A stretch of 62,905 bases of DNA, filler included, from Intoshia linei (lineage: Eukaryota; Animalia; Orthonectida), in NCBI GenBank assembly GCA_001642005.1. It is 4 parts of 4 records of this genome, joined end to end, with 100 filler letters (N's around TTAATTAATTAA, not from the genome) between each part and the next. Parts side by side here need not be neighbours in the genome. Positions count along the whole stretch, not along the records: positions 1 to 7,554 come from LWCA01001541.1; positions 7,655 to 38,931 come from LWCA01000341.1; 2 more parts are not named here. One strand, written 5' to 3'. A program made the translations under genes and the position numbers. The notes below the pieces were generated by a model. That model did not search any database and was not told the DNA's origin. It worked only from the letters and a program-made list of their open reading frames with translations. Below are positions 1-11,159 of this stretch, piece after piece; the stretch's first letter is position 1; each line of letters begins with the position of its first letter.

Positions 1-2
1 CT

Positions 3-539
3 AAAAAAGTTCAACGATGGTGCAAAAAGGATAAAATCAGACGATGGCTTCCAAATTGTGTATATTTTTATAACCAACATATGGGAGGTACTGATAGAAT
101 GGGTCAAAACATTAACGCTAATAACAGTAACATTATCATAATAAACATTAATAGAATAGGAATACGTGGTAAGAAGTGGTGGTGGTGTATATTCACATGG
201 ATGCTGGATGTTGCTTTAAATAACGCATGGGTATTATGTAAAGAAAGTGGAATCAATATTACCAATCTGCATTTTAGACAGAGAATAGCTATGTACTATT
301 TAGAAAAATATGGTATATCCCTAAAAAATAAGCGGAAAAGGTATAATTGCAATTTTTCTGTTTTGAGATATAATAATATGTCTCATTTGGTTAAAAATGT
401 TCCAAACAATACAAGAAGGTGTGTAATACTAGGATGTAGTAGTGTTGGTCGCACTGAATGTTCAAAATGTGACGTAGGTTTATGTGTAGCATGTTTCATA
501 CCATACCAAATAATTAAGGTAAATTATACTTTTAATTAA
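3..539 (+). mobile_element. piggyBac (PGBD-like) transposase, C-terminal fragment running off the window start
   Basis: The frame is open from position 3: VQRW..YNQHMGGTD..RIGIRGKKWWWCIFTWMLDVALNNAW, followed by a C-terminal Cys-rich domain RRC..C...TECSKCDVGLCVACF. A possible degenerate right end ...GGGAAAAAATGGTTTAA lies at ~782-798. Confidence 0.85.
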
Positions 540-1413
540 TATAAAGGTAAATTCATTTAATTATACCCAAAAATTCCATTCAAATAAATTATTTTGTATA
601 ATTATAAATAAATATATTTTAAGTTCACTTTTGTACACATATTCTCCCAACGTGACCATCTCACATGTAATATCTAAATAACTACTAGAGCAAATTCTTT
701 TAAATTTTGTAGGACATCGTTAAATTAGTAAAATTCTAAAATTTTATTAAAATCGGAGGAGAATAATTCAAAAATTAGCTTGGGAAAAAATGGTTTAATA
801 TTATTTTTATATATCGAAAATTATCATCAAAATAATATTAGATATTCCGAAGTGGCCGATTGGGGTGAAATTTTGAAGCATTTAAATGGAAAATATGTTA
901 CCGCAAGTCAATGTCTAAAACGACATTGGAATGTAAAGTTAAAACCAGGAAGGTAATTTATAGCAACGAAATATAAATTTTATAATAAATAATTATTTAT
1001 GATATTCTTGAATCAATTCTAAATTTGTGCAGTACAAAAATTTTTTGTATATAAAATAGAATAAAACATTTCAAATTGTTAAGATGTTTTATTTTTCTCA
1101 TTAAAAACAATTATAATGTGGCTATAAAAGATGTAATAAAGCTTCGAAAATCCTTATTTAAAGTTATCACTTTCTAGAAGAACTATAGTTCGTAGAATTA
1201 CATGTATTTCTAATTTAGAAGATCACCTAATGAAAAATATTAGAAATTTTAACTGATTTTAATTAGACCTCGATAAAAGTTCTGATATAAAAAATACTGC
1301 ATAAAAGATAAAAGAATAGTTAAATTTAGTTGTACACTTATTTTCTAATTTATTATGCATAGAATACATTAATTCATTCATGTTACAATCTTAATAAATA
1401 TAAACTAAAAATA

Positions 1414-2960
1414 TTACTTTGCTTTATCTTCTAACCAGTCAGGGTTATTTTCATTTTGAGAAAATTGTGACTCCTCACTTTTTGAAAGGCACAGCATTTC
1501 TTTTTGTTTAGTTAACCACTTGATAAATTTAGATGAAATAATGTTAATATAATATTAATACTAGGTGTCACAAATTTTAATGAAGATAAAATAACAGCTG
1601 TTTCAAAAAATTGAAATAAACTAACCATTACATTAAAAGAATGTTACATACGCCATCATTAGGGCAATACGCTATGAAACAATAAACATTGCTAACGAAA
1701 ACCAATTTTAAGAGTATAGTATCAATGAACCAATCATTAAATAAATTTAAAAAAAGTTTTAGCCGTTTTAATTTAATATGCGTTACATATAAAACTTCTT
1801 AAATGTTAAATTTTAACTTCGACATTCAATAACACCTGGTATCACTAATAGTTTAATAAATACTTTATTTTCAGAATCTAAGGTTGATTCCCTAGACGCA
1901 CAAGGAAATGCTCTTGCTGAAAATTGAAAATTAATATTCCTATTTCTAATTTTGTAATTTTTATGTTTTTTGGGTTTATTATAGCATTTTGAATTTTCTG
2001 AACACAGATAAGTTTTTTCTTAATTTTTAGTTAAAATTAAATAAAATAATTAATATTAAAACCTTCTTCATTGCTGGAATCTGCCTCATCCGACGCATCG
2101 AAACATTTTTCATTTTCATAATTATCTTTACATTCATCAAAACTATTTGATTTGTTCATTTTGGGGTTTTTAGTTTCATTGTCATTTAAGCGACAGGTTA
2201 GATTGTTAATTTCTTCAGAGTGATTGTTAAATTGTTTGTCCTTTTTTTCACTAATGGCATTTCTTTTTACATTTTGTAAATCAATTTGCCGATTTACTAA
2301 TGCTTTTTTTTGAGCTTCACGACCTGCTTCTTCTTTACACAACTTTTCCTTGTACATATCCTCAACAATTAGTAAATATTTTTGACGGAATTCATTTTGT
2401 TGAGTTTTGGCTAGTTGAAAATAAATTAATAATGGTGAATAATAAATGTCGCATTGAACGTCTACTCATTTCCAATAAAGAAATATGGGTGAAAATCTAT
2501 ACAATTCACTCCTTCGGAATTTTTTTATTTGCTACGCAATTTTTAAATATCAAATTCTAATTTATATTGGTGATCACTTTCCTGAAAAAATTATTCAAAT
2601 TGGTTGAGTTTATTAAGTTTAATAATTATATTTAAAATTATTAATTACATTCAAAGGTTTTAGAAAAATTTGTCCAGATAACATTATCAATTTTTTCAAA
2701 AGTGCAAGAAATAAAGTCTCTTTCAATGTGTGTAACAATACTGTCAAATTTGATGGGTTGATCAAAGAAACATTCGTATATATAAGGATTTAAGTTTATC
2801 TAAAGAAATATTATGTACATTAAAAATAATAAACTTTAATATAATTATCACATCCATTGAAATCAGATGCATGTGTATGATGAGATATATTGGAAAACTT
2901 TAACAGAATGTGAGTTTCTGTTTGACTCCAGTTTTCATTATTGTCCAAAACTATAAGCAT
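1414..2960 (-). CDS. DNAAF4: Dynein axonemal assembly factor 4 (DYX1C1): CS/p23 domain plus coiled coil, ending at the start of the TPR region
   Basis: Phase-consistent exons 2960-2835, 2799-2649, 2410-2063, 2018(or 1997)-1864, 1518-1414. Translation: MLIVLDNNENWSQTETHILLKF..CDNYIKINLNPYIYECFFDQPI..CTFEKIDNVIW; INFQFSARAFPCASRES; WLTKQ..NENNPDWLEDKAK*. These match DYX1C1 motifs recalled as YSWQQT, NYLKVNFPPF, FTPRVFPTALRES and KNPEWLKDKG. Confidence 0.85.
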
Positions 2961-3878
2961 AGTTCAATTGAATCCATTACAATTTTTAAATATATTTTCG
3001 GCTAGATACAAAATCATATTTCCATATATTTATATAAATAAACAATTCCATAGTAATCAACACGAGATATTCACACTGAAAGCGTATTATGTTTAATCCA
3101 TCCATGATCTTAATCTTTTCAATTTGGATATTCGCAAGTTTTGTTCTACTTTATGTAAATAAAACATTGATAAATCAATTTTCCATTGATATGGTGGTTC
3201 TAGGTATCTTATTATACCATCTATGAACATAAAAAATTTAATTACATTTTACTTTATTAGTTTAATGTTACTAATAGTAACTTACTAAATTCAGTAAAAT
3301 GATTTCTAACTAAAGTGGACAGTGAAAATATGTACTATCAATTTTAGTTTATTTGGTGTTAAATGAAAAGTCAAAACTACTTATCTATGATGACGAATAA
3401 AATTTTTCCGCTTATAATTTATTCCAAATAAACTAAAAATGATAGTACGTATTTTTAAGGCCACTTTATTTTAACGAAATAAAATAATTTTTAGATTAAC
3501 GGTGGTTTGAATTTAAGTTTATTATATAAAACTCGTGTGTTGAATGCACTTACTCTTTGAGTTCAGGCATTCTGCCAAACTCGCACTGTAAAGTGAAAAT
3601 TATGCACTAGACATGTAAATAGCTAATACACCACTAAATAGTTTAAAAAATTACGCCCCATTGAATGACGGGAAAATACCTACAAAATTCGTTATCGTTT
3701 ATCATGAAGACTAAGAAGTAAATTAATTTTTCAGAATATCTTTAATTGCGCCAAAGATTTTCAATTCCCACAAATGAATGGGATTTTTATTTTTTTTGTA
3801 AATTATCAAGTTTTTTAGGATATTGAATAATATAAATATTTATTATTTATTAATTATATTATATACTATCATATTTAG

Positions 3879-4300
3879 CTACTGTTCAATTGGTAATTAT
3901 GATGTTGCTTGCATTTTTTCAAATGAATCTACAGTTCCACTTACCAAAGTTATCGAAAGAGCACGAATCATCAAAAACATTTTACAAGCATATGGGTATA
4001 ATTGGGGTATTTAGGTATTGATTTTTCTTGAAAAAATGTCATTACATTTAGATATTTTATGATACTCTTTGGATTAATTGCTTTAGTATATATACCAATT
4101 TCCTTTACCGAAACCATTAAAAGTTCCGCACCACTTTGTACAGTCGTAATTGCATATTTTATTATTGGAGAATCTGTGTCACCTAAAACTATAGTTACTC
4201 TAATGATTATAATGTTTGGATTACTTTTAACCAGTAAATTTGAAGATAATTTCAATGCAATTGGATTAATTTCGGCTATTCTAACCAATATTTTTGAATG
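3879..4300 (+). CDS. SLC35E2: SLC35E2-like triose-phosphate/nucleotide-sugar transporter family protein, two internal exons (partial)
   Basis: Exons 3879-4014 and 4052-4300 with a 37-nt intron: TVQLVIM..GIIGVFRYFMILFGLIALVYIPISFTETIKSSAPLCTV..IGE..FNAIGLISAILTNIFE. This matches the SLC35E motif SFAETVKSSAPIFTV. 5' and 3' exons were not found. Confidence 0.8.
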
Positions 4301-6539
4301 GTAATATAAATATTATTTAAAAATTCTATATTTATATTACATTTTTTATCTATTTTTCAGTTTCAGAATTGAGTCCTTCACGTAGTAACCCTTACGAGAC
4401 TATGCTGATTTTCAAAATTGATAGCAAAAAATTTCACTTTTGAAATGTTAAAAAACACCAAAATTTAAAGCTTAAAATTCACAAATTTCAAATGTTATTG
4501 ATTTGTAAAGTGAACAACTTAAATTTGGCTTTAATATTTGGTTTAGAATTAGCAATAAAATATATTTAATTTATGGCACGTAATTACGATGACGTTGCGT
4601 GATTGTATTTTATTAGAATATAATTTATTTTATTGTTGACACAAAGTAAACATTGATAATAGTGAGTGTAGCATTTTTATTTCTTAGACACCTAAAAAAA
4701 ATACTGTCCCGCTGTCATCCTTTTCTACAATAGTAGCAGTAATGTTTTCAATGGTATTGATGAATGCATCATTTCTATTGAGTAAACTCTTAAGTGAATT
4801 GAAATCGTTACTCATAATATTAAAATGATATATTTCGCATTAAATATCGTTGATATATACACAGTGTACCAGTGTTTACCAACCTTTTTTACTACATTAC
4901 CCATATTAGAGTACAATTATATTTATTTTGATATTTGAATTTTCAATATCTTTACATAAATTTATATTAAATTTAAAACTCGTATATGAAATTCATATAA
5001 TTATACGAAACGAAGTTAATTAAAATAATACTAAAATTAAATTAAAATTAATGTAGAGCGCGGGTTTCCAAAGTAGGCGATATAGCCATAGAGGCGTTAA
5101 TTCAATTAGGGGCGATTTAAAAAATATACATATTCCTTTACACAGTTAGGGATCCATTCAGATAAACTGTGACATAGTAATAAATATATAATTTTCATTA
5201 ATATTAAATTCGGTTTTATTTTAATTTTAGTATTATTTTAATTAATTTAATATAATTTAATACAATTTTGTTCAAATATTATTGCATAGTGTAAAAACGT
5301 TCCTGTAAACAACAAAAATAAATATAAAAACACTGTGTATATAAAACTGTTGCTTTTAAAATACGGTATGATGGTTTTTTCAACACATATTAAAACTTGT
5401 CGCAGTCTTAATAAGTCTATTTTTAATCAAAACTTACGGATATACTGAAGATAAAATCAAAAACATGAATTTAGAGGAAGTAAATAAAGCAATAGACGAA
5501 TTAAAGTTTATATTAGACAAACAACTTTTGGACAATCCATCAGATACTGATCAACGCAATAAAACCATGATGATATTGAAAAATTTGATAATTGCAAAAA
5601 TTCTCTTATTGATTAAAAAAGACTGATTCTGTATCTACAATGAATTGTTAAAATAAAAATGATATTGATGCGTTTTTTATATGGTTTAAGATACTAATCA
5701 CTTAATTAGTAATTTGCTACATTTGGGCTTCACAAATCCAATACACATTCCAATCAAAAGAATAGCAAATAGAATGTGTAATATACAACGGGCTATTCAA
5801 TTTGCATTTTTTTGATATCAAAATGGTATACAGTCTAACGGTTAGACTAACTGTTTCCTAACCTTAGGGTTAAGCCTATCATTTATTGCAATTAAATCGG
5901 TTGGAACTTACGATCAATTAATTGCAATTTCTGTGTATCGGTGTATTAAGTAACAAAACCAGTCAGTGGTTATTTTAAGGGTGTAGTTTTAAATTTGAAT
6001 TTTTGTATTAAAAACATGAATTCACTTATTCAAATAATATCAAATTATAGAATACAGTAAACATTGTATATAACAGGGATGCATAATAGAGTGTTAACTT
6101 TTTTATCGAATTTAGAAATTAATAAAATATTACACTACACAACCTTTCCACAAATTCAGCCGCAAAGTTACTGTACTCATTGATACTACGACCGCACAAA
6201 ATTTACTTTGACATTGAAAAAATTTAAATCCATTTTGAGAAAGTGGGCATAGTCAAAAATGTAACTTTTTGATAAAAATATTTTAAATATACCTGATATA
6301 CCTTGAATAAGATCTGATATAAATTTTCAATTGGAGAGGATGAGTGTATAATATGGGTGTTCTAAAATTTAAAAAATTAAGTGCAGGATCTGAAAAATTG
6401 AGTAATTAATCAAAAATAACTATTCTTTGGCTTCAATAAGCTTCATTCTCTGATTTTTTTTCATAATATAGATAAAATTTTTGGAATTCAATAATCTTTT
6501 AAAAGCTTCCATTTTTAAACTGTTGAAGTCGCCAAAATT

Positions 6540-6785
6540 GAAATTTTAGTTTGTATAATGTTGTAATCCATATAAAGTGATTTTGTCGTATTTGATAACA
6601 ATTGTAATATACGAATTCAGAGTTAATCAGACTAACTGCTCTGCATAACATAAAATGCACAGACATCGAAAGGGTTAATCACACAGTAGAGTGCAAAATA
6701 TTTAACTTTTAACTCCACCTCTGATAAGCAATCAGTCATGACCGCACTACCATCGGTGGTTAAATAACAACACATTTCTCACACA
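6540..6785 (-). mobile_element. Possible degraded hAT (Buster/ZBED-like) transposase relic
   Basis: Minus-strand frame YLTTDGSAVMTDCLSEVELKVK..LYCVIN resembles the hAT motif TDGA.AMTG..GV..K..HC.IH. It is interrupted by stops. Confidence 0.35.
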
Positions 6786-7074
6786 ATTTCTTTATCAATA
6801 ATAAAATCATTTGACGGTTTCACATCTAATGATTCATATATGAACCATTCAAAATTTTCAAAATAATCGAATACCTTCATGGTCAAAACCCCAAATTACC
6901 CTTTGTTTTAAAAATGAAACATGTCCAAAATTTTTTTAAACAAATTCTGGGATAATTTTTAAAATCATAAACATTATAATAAATGGAAAACTATTATTGT
7001 CAATTTATAGATATCAAATGTCAATATATACAAAATTTATAGATGTCAATATATTCAAGCGAATTATAATGAAA

Positions 7075-7554
7075 CTAGGTTGACTGTTATGTACTATGTA
7101 CTACGTACAAACATCACCTTTTATCAATTAATAGCTCTGCCTTTAAAAATTAAAATTTAAAAATTGCGTAACAATGAAAAAAATTGCAAAGGAATGAATT
7201 ATATAGATTTTCACCCATATTTCTTTATTGGAAATGTGTAGAGGTTCAATACACACTTTTTTGAAATAATGTAGGATCAATATTTACATTTTCAATTTTT
7301 ATTTTACAATTGTTAATCGAAACATTTGAAAAATATTGGTTGATAATATATTAAAAATTATTTTTCACCCGGGAATGCGTAGATTCGTCGGGTTGAACTT
7401 TTGTATTTATATTCAACTGGAATAAGCTCTATCAGAATAATCTTTTTTTTAATTTTCGGACATTTAATTATTTCACATTTTTTGTTTTAATAAAATATTA
7501 CGGAAAAAAATATATGAATACTAAAATGCTTTTTTCACCGTGAAGTCGTCACTT
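7075..7554 (-). mobile_element. Non-autonomous Helitron copy (3' end plus body), truncated by an assembly gap
   Basis: Reverse complement of the family's hairpin-CTAG 3' end, joined to body sequence also seen at 35.7-36 kb and 62.6-62.9 kb. Confidence 0.7.
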
Positions 7555-7654
7555 NNNNNNNNNNNNNNNNNNNNNNNNNNNNNNNNNNNNNNNNNNNNTT
7601 AATTAATTAANNNNNNNNNNNNNNNNNNNNNNNNNNNNNNNNNNNNNNNNNNNN
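7555..7654. other. Assembly gap with artificial six-frame-stop linker
   Basis: 44 N + TTAATTAATTAA + 44 N. Confidence 0.95.
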
Positions 7655-8008
7655 GGCATATAACGAAAAACTTCCATCTGTTACAAAATGTCGACAAATT
7701 GTTACTGAGTTGGCAGATAGACATAGTGCTATAAAAAATTGCATTTGTCGACTCTAGTCATAACCCACTTGTATCCTTACGACATTTTTACGCCCCATTA
7801 TAATTTGTAACAAATATTTCAATGTAATGTCCTAAATTAATTTTTTATGTTTATATATTACTGCGCAACAAACTGGAGTAAAAAGTTAAATTTTGTGGAA
7901 TGTGGCCCGCAAGTTAATTAAGTTGGCCACCACTGCTCTAGAATATATTTTAATGACTATCATTGTAACGATTGGCAGAGACGAACTCAGATAAGTTTAT
8001 CTTAAATA

Positions 8009-8239
8009 CAGTGTTGTGCACTGATATACGAGCTATTGTGCAAATAATAAATACTATTGTGCATTCATATACCGACTATTGTGCACTCATATACGGACCA
8101 TTTTAACTTTTGATTGTATGGCACGGTATTGTATAATGTTATAAAATGGTCCGTATATGAATGCACAATAGTATTTATATAGTTGCACAATAGTGTTTAT
8201 ATCAGTGCCCAATAGCTCGTATATCTGTGTACAACACTG
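8009..8239. mobile_element. Tc1/mariner-type MITE (long inverted repeats, TA TSD)
   Basis: TA|CAGTGTTGTGCAC...GTGTACAACACTG|TA. The ~100-bp arms are built from ~21-bp CTATTGTGCA subrepeats. Confidence 0.85.
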
Positions 8240-8300
8240 TAAAAAGATGTCTAAACCGGTGATCCGAACCTAGCCACGCAGAATACAATTATATGACTAT

Positions 8301-8619
8301 CAGGACGGATTCCAGGGGGTGCAGCAGGTGAAGTTGCACCCCTTAAATTTTTAAAAAAAAATTTTTAATTAATGTTTTGTAAAATAACTGAAAAAGGTTT
8401 TAATTTATTAAAACAATATAGATAGAGCATAACATTACATGAACAACGTTTTAACATGAAATTTGACGCTTTAAAATCAAACTAGACGTCTTGTATTAAA
8501 AGAGACGCGCCTAAATAAATTTCGCCTTCGGCGAATTTAAATATATTGCTCGCTCCGCTTCTCAAAATGTTGCTTACTTCGCTCGCACCCCATTAACTAG
8601 CCTCTTGGATCCACTCCTG
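8301..8619. mobile_element. hAT-like MITE
   Basis: TIRs CAGGACGGATTCCA...TGGATCCACTCCTG and an internal CGCCTTCGGCG hairpin. An inverted relative lies at ~22391-22649. Confidence 0.7.
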
Positions 8620-11159
8620 ATTATAATCACTCTGCAAGTTAGACATCACAAGTCATTTATATCAATAGTATATATTCGAATCTCGATTTTATCATAAATA
8701 TACACTAATTTTTTTAATAATTAAAAGTCAATTTATTACGTTTTTGTCAAATTTTTAATAGATATTAAATTTGATGGCGTTAATTAGAAATAATTTCAAC
8801 CATTGCGCAAATATCATTTTTAACTTTATTTTATTTCAGTAAATAATTTAAAATTGACAAAATTTTTCATGAACCCCAAAAAACTTATGTGGATCCTATG
8901 AGTCCACATGCACCCGTTGGTAATGTTTTCTGTATATTACTTCGTCATGTATCATTCAAAAACTCATAATAACAAGAATTGCGAGCATTTTATGGTTTTT
9001 TTGAAAAAAATAAATACCGTTAACATTTTCGATAATCGATGTTTTTTTCTTATCAAAATTTAAGGTTCCCCAAATTTTTACCAATTTCACAGGTGTGCCC
9101 TGAAGTAAAAAAGGTTAAAAAACATTGTTCTAGAATCTAGATCAACAGGATTAAACTGTATCAGACTATTTATTTTTTAAAATTTAAAGATCAGTAATTT
9201 AAAAAAATTTTGATTTTACAAATTTTGTCAAATGAAGTCGTCAATTTCGAATATAATTATTTTTTTAAAAACACAGAAAAAGACAAACTTTCAGTAGCAT
9301 TTGTGTTATATAAGTAAGGATTAACGTTAATTTTATTTAACTAACAATTAAAAAAAAGTTTACTCAAGGAATCTCTCAAATGGTCTTAAATGTAAATTAA
9401 ATTTTAATTAAATTTATATTTTCATTTTGATTTAATCAATAATTAATGTTTTATTAAATCAGATACCGAAATCAGATTAGAGATATCTAATATTAATATC
9501 TTAAAAATATTTTAAAAATAATTTCCAAAAGATATCAACAAAACAAATTAAAATAATACGGTTAAATCACAATACATGCGTATGTAAATACTGTCAATTA
9601 TGATTAAAATTTTAAAATCTAAACTGAATATAGATTAATTAGATATCTAAAGTTATCTAATCAGAAAAATTTAATCTTTCATTTCAAATTTTCAAAACAT
9701 CTTGTATACGAATAGATCTAACTTGGTTAAATCTAATAATTAATTTTCAATCAGATTAATTCTATGAAGAGCCGTTATTAAATTTAAAAATTTTAATTTT
9801 AAATTATTAAGGTAGGGTGGCGAAATTAGTCCTATCAATATGATTGGAAAATTTTCATATAACTTCCAATTTTATAAAATTTAAAAAAACTGGCTAATGA
9901 AGATAATTATAATTATAATTCTTAAAAAAAATGAGAAAACTAATACTTATCAGTCTTAAGACAAAATTATATAATTAAAGACAATAATTATAAATCTAAT
10001 TAATAAACGTAAAAATAAAAAAGCACAATATAACAAAGGGTAAATTGAATAGAAAACTAAAAATTTTTGATAATTGAAGAATGAATTGTTCACATCGTTG
10101 CTTTTGTGTAAATACGATATGCAAAACACTTTAAAATTAAATGCAGTATTGATAAATTAGTCTGATAGAGTACATGTCGGAGTGAGCTATAAATATTGAC
10201 TTTGATAGCAATGGGTTAGCTGCGGATTTTTATCTGAGAAGGTTTGATTGAAGCGTGCGCAAAAGTAATTAATTGAACCTAAAAAAATCAAAATCAAGCA
10301 AAATGTAATTATGCAATTTAGAAGTCACTCGGTACGTTTTAAAAATTTCCATTGTTTTTGATATTTATGGTATAAATGCCGATTTCTGCAGATAAAATTT
10401 AAAATTTTCATTCACATTTGCATTGCACATTTGTACAATTAAATTGATCGATTTCATTTCTTGAGAAAATAAGGTATTATATTTGTTTATAATTAAGATG
10501 GCCAAATTATCACGATTTTTTCTTACATGTGTTTGGTTGTTTGAGTTTCGTGGTTTTTAACGCATATTTAAGGCATGTTATTGGCTTTTATTTTAAGTAA
10601 TAATGGATATTGATGGATGTGAATCTCTACTTGGCCAATTATTTGTTTTTACATTTTTTCAATTTTAGTCAACTTTAAAATTCATTTTATAATAAACTTT
10701 ACCGCAATTTTGAGAAATTTTACATATTTCAATTGAATTTTTGAATTGTTGATTCACAGGAATTTCGGTATTTTACTCGTTTATGAAACTGAATTGAAAA
10801 TCTTTGAAATGGGAATAAATTTTAAATTGTGCAATAATGTATATAGGTAACTGTTGAAAAACCTGACATAAATAAGAGCAATATTTGACTGTCAATAACT
10901 AAAACAATGTGTCCAGATACGGAACATTGCTTATCCGGTAAGACAAATTGTAAGATTTTTGATATTAGAAAGTATGAACAACATTGGTAAAGGTAACGAA
11001 GTGTTAATAGTACGCATCGTGCATAATCACTAATGCATGATATTAGCGGGTTAGTGTGACTAGGAGATTACTTTTAAAAATTAACTAAAATTTAGTAAAG
11101 AAAATTATCATTAAATAAGCAATCAACATGAAGTGTATTTGGAAGCATACATTCCAATA

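Noticed and set aside
5465-5626. 53-aa helical ORF MNLEEVNKAIDELKF...
   Set aside because: Short, with no splice partners or recognisable family; insufficient support.
7599-7610. TTAATTAATTAA palindrome repeated three times (also 38976 and 48279)
   Set aside because: Each copy is centred in an identical N run and gives stops in all six frames, so it is a scaffolding linker and not biology. Gene adjacency across these gaps is uncertain.
8025-8100. Regularly spaced CTATTGTGCA repeats resembling a CRISPR array
   Set aside because: The units are ~21 bp with no unique spacers, they are mirrored as an inverted arm with a TA TSD, and the context is eukaryotic with no cas genes.
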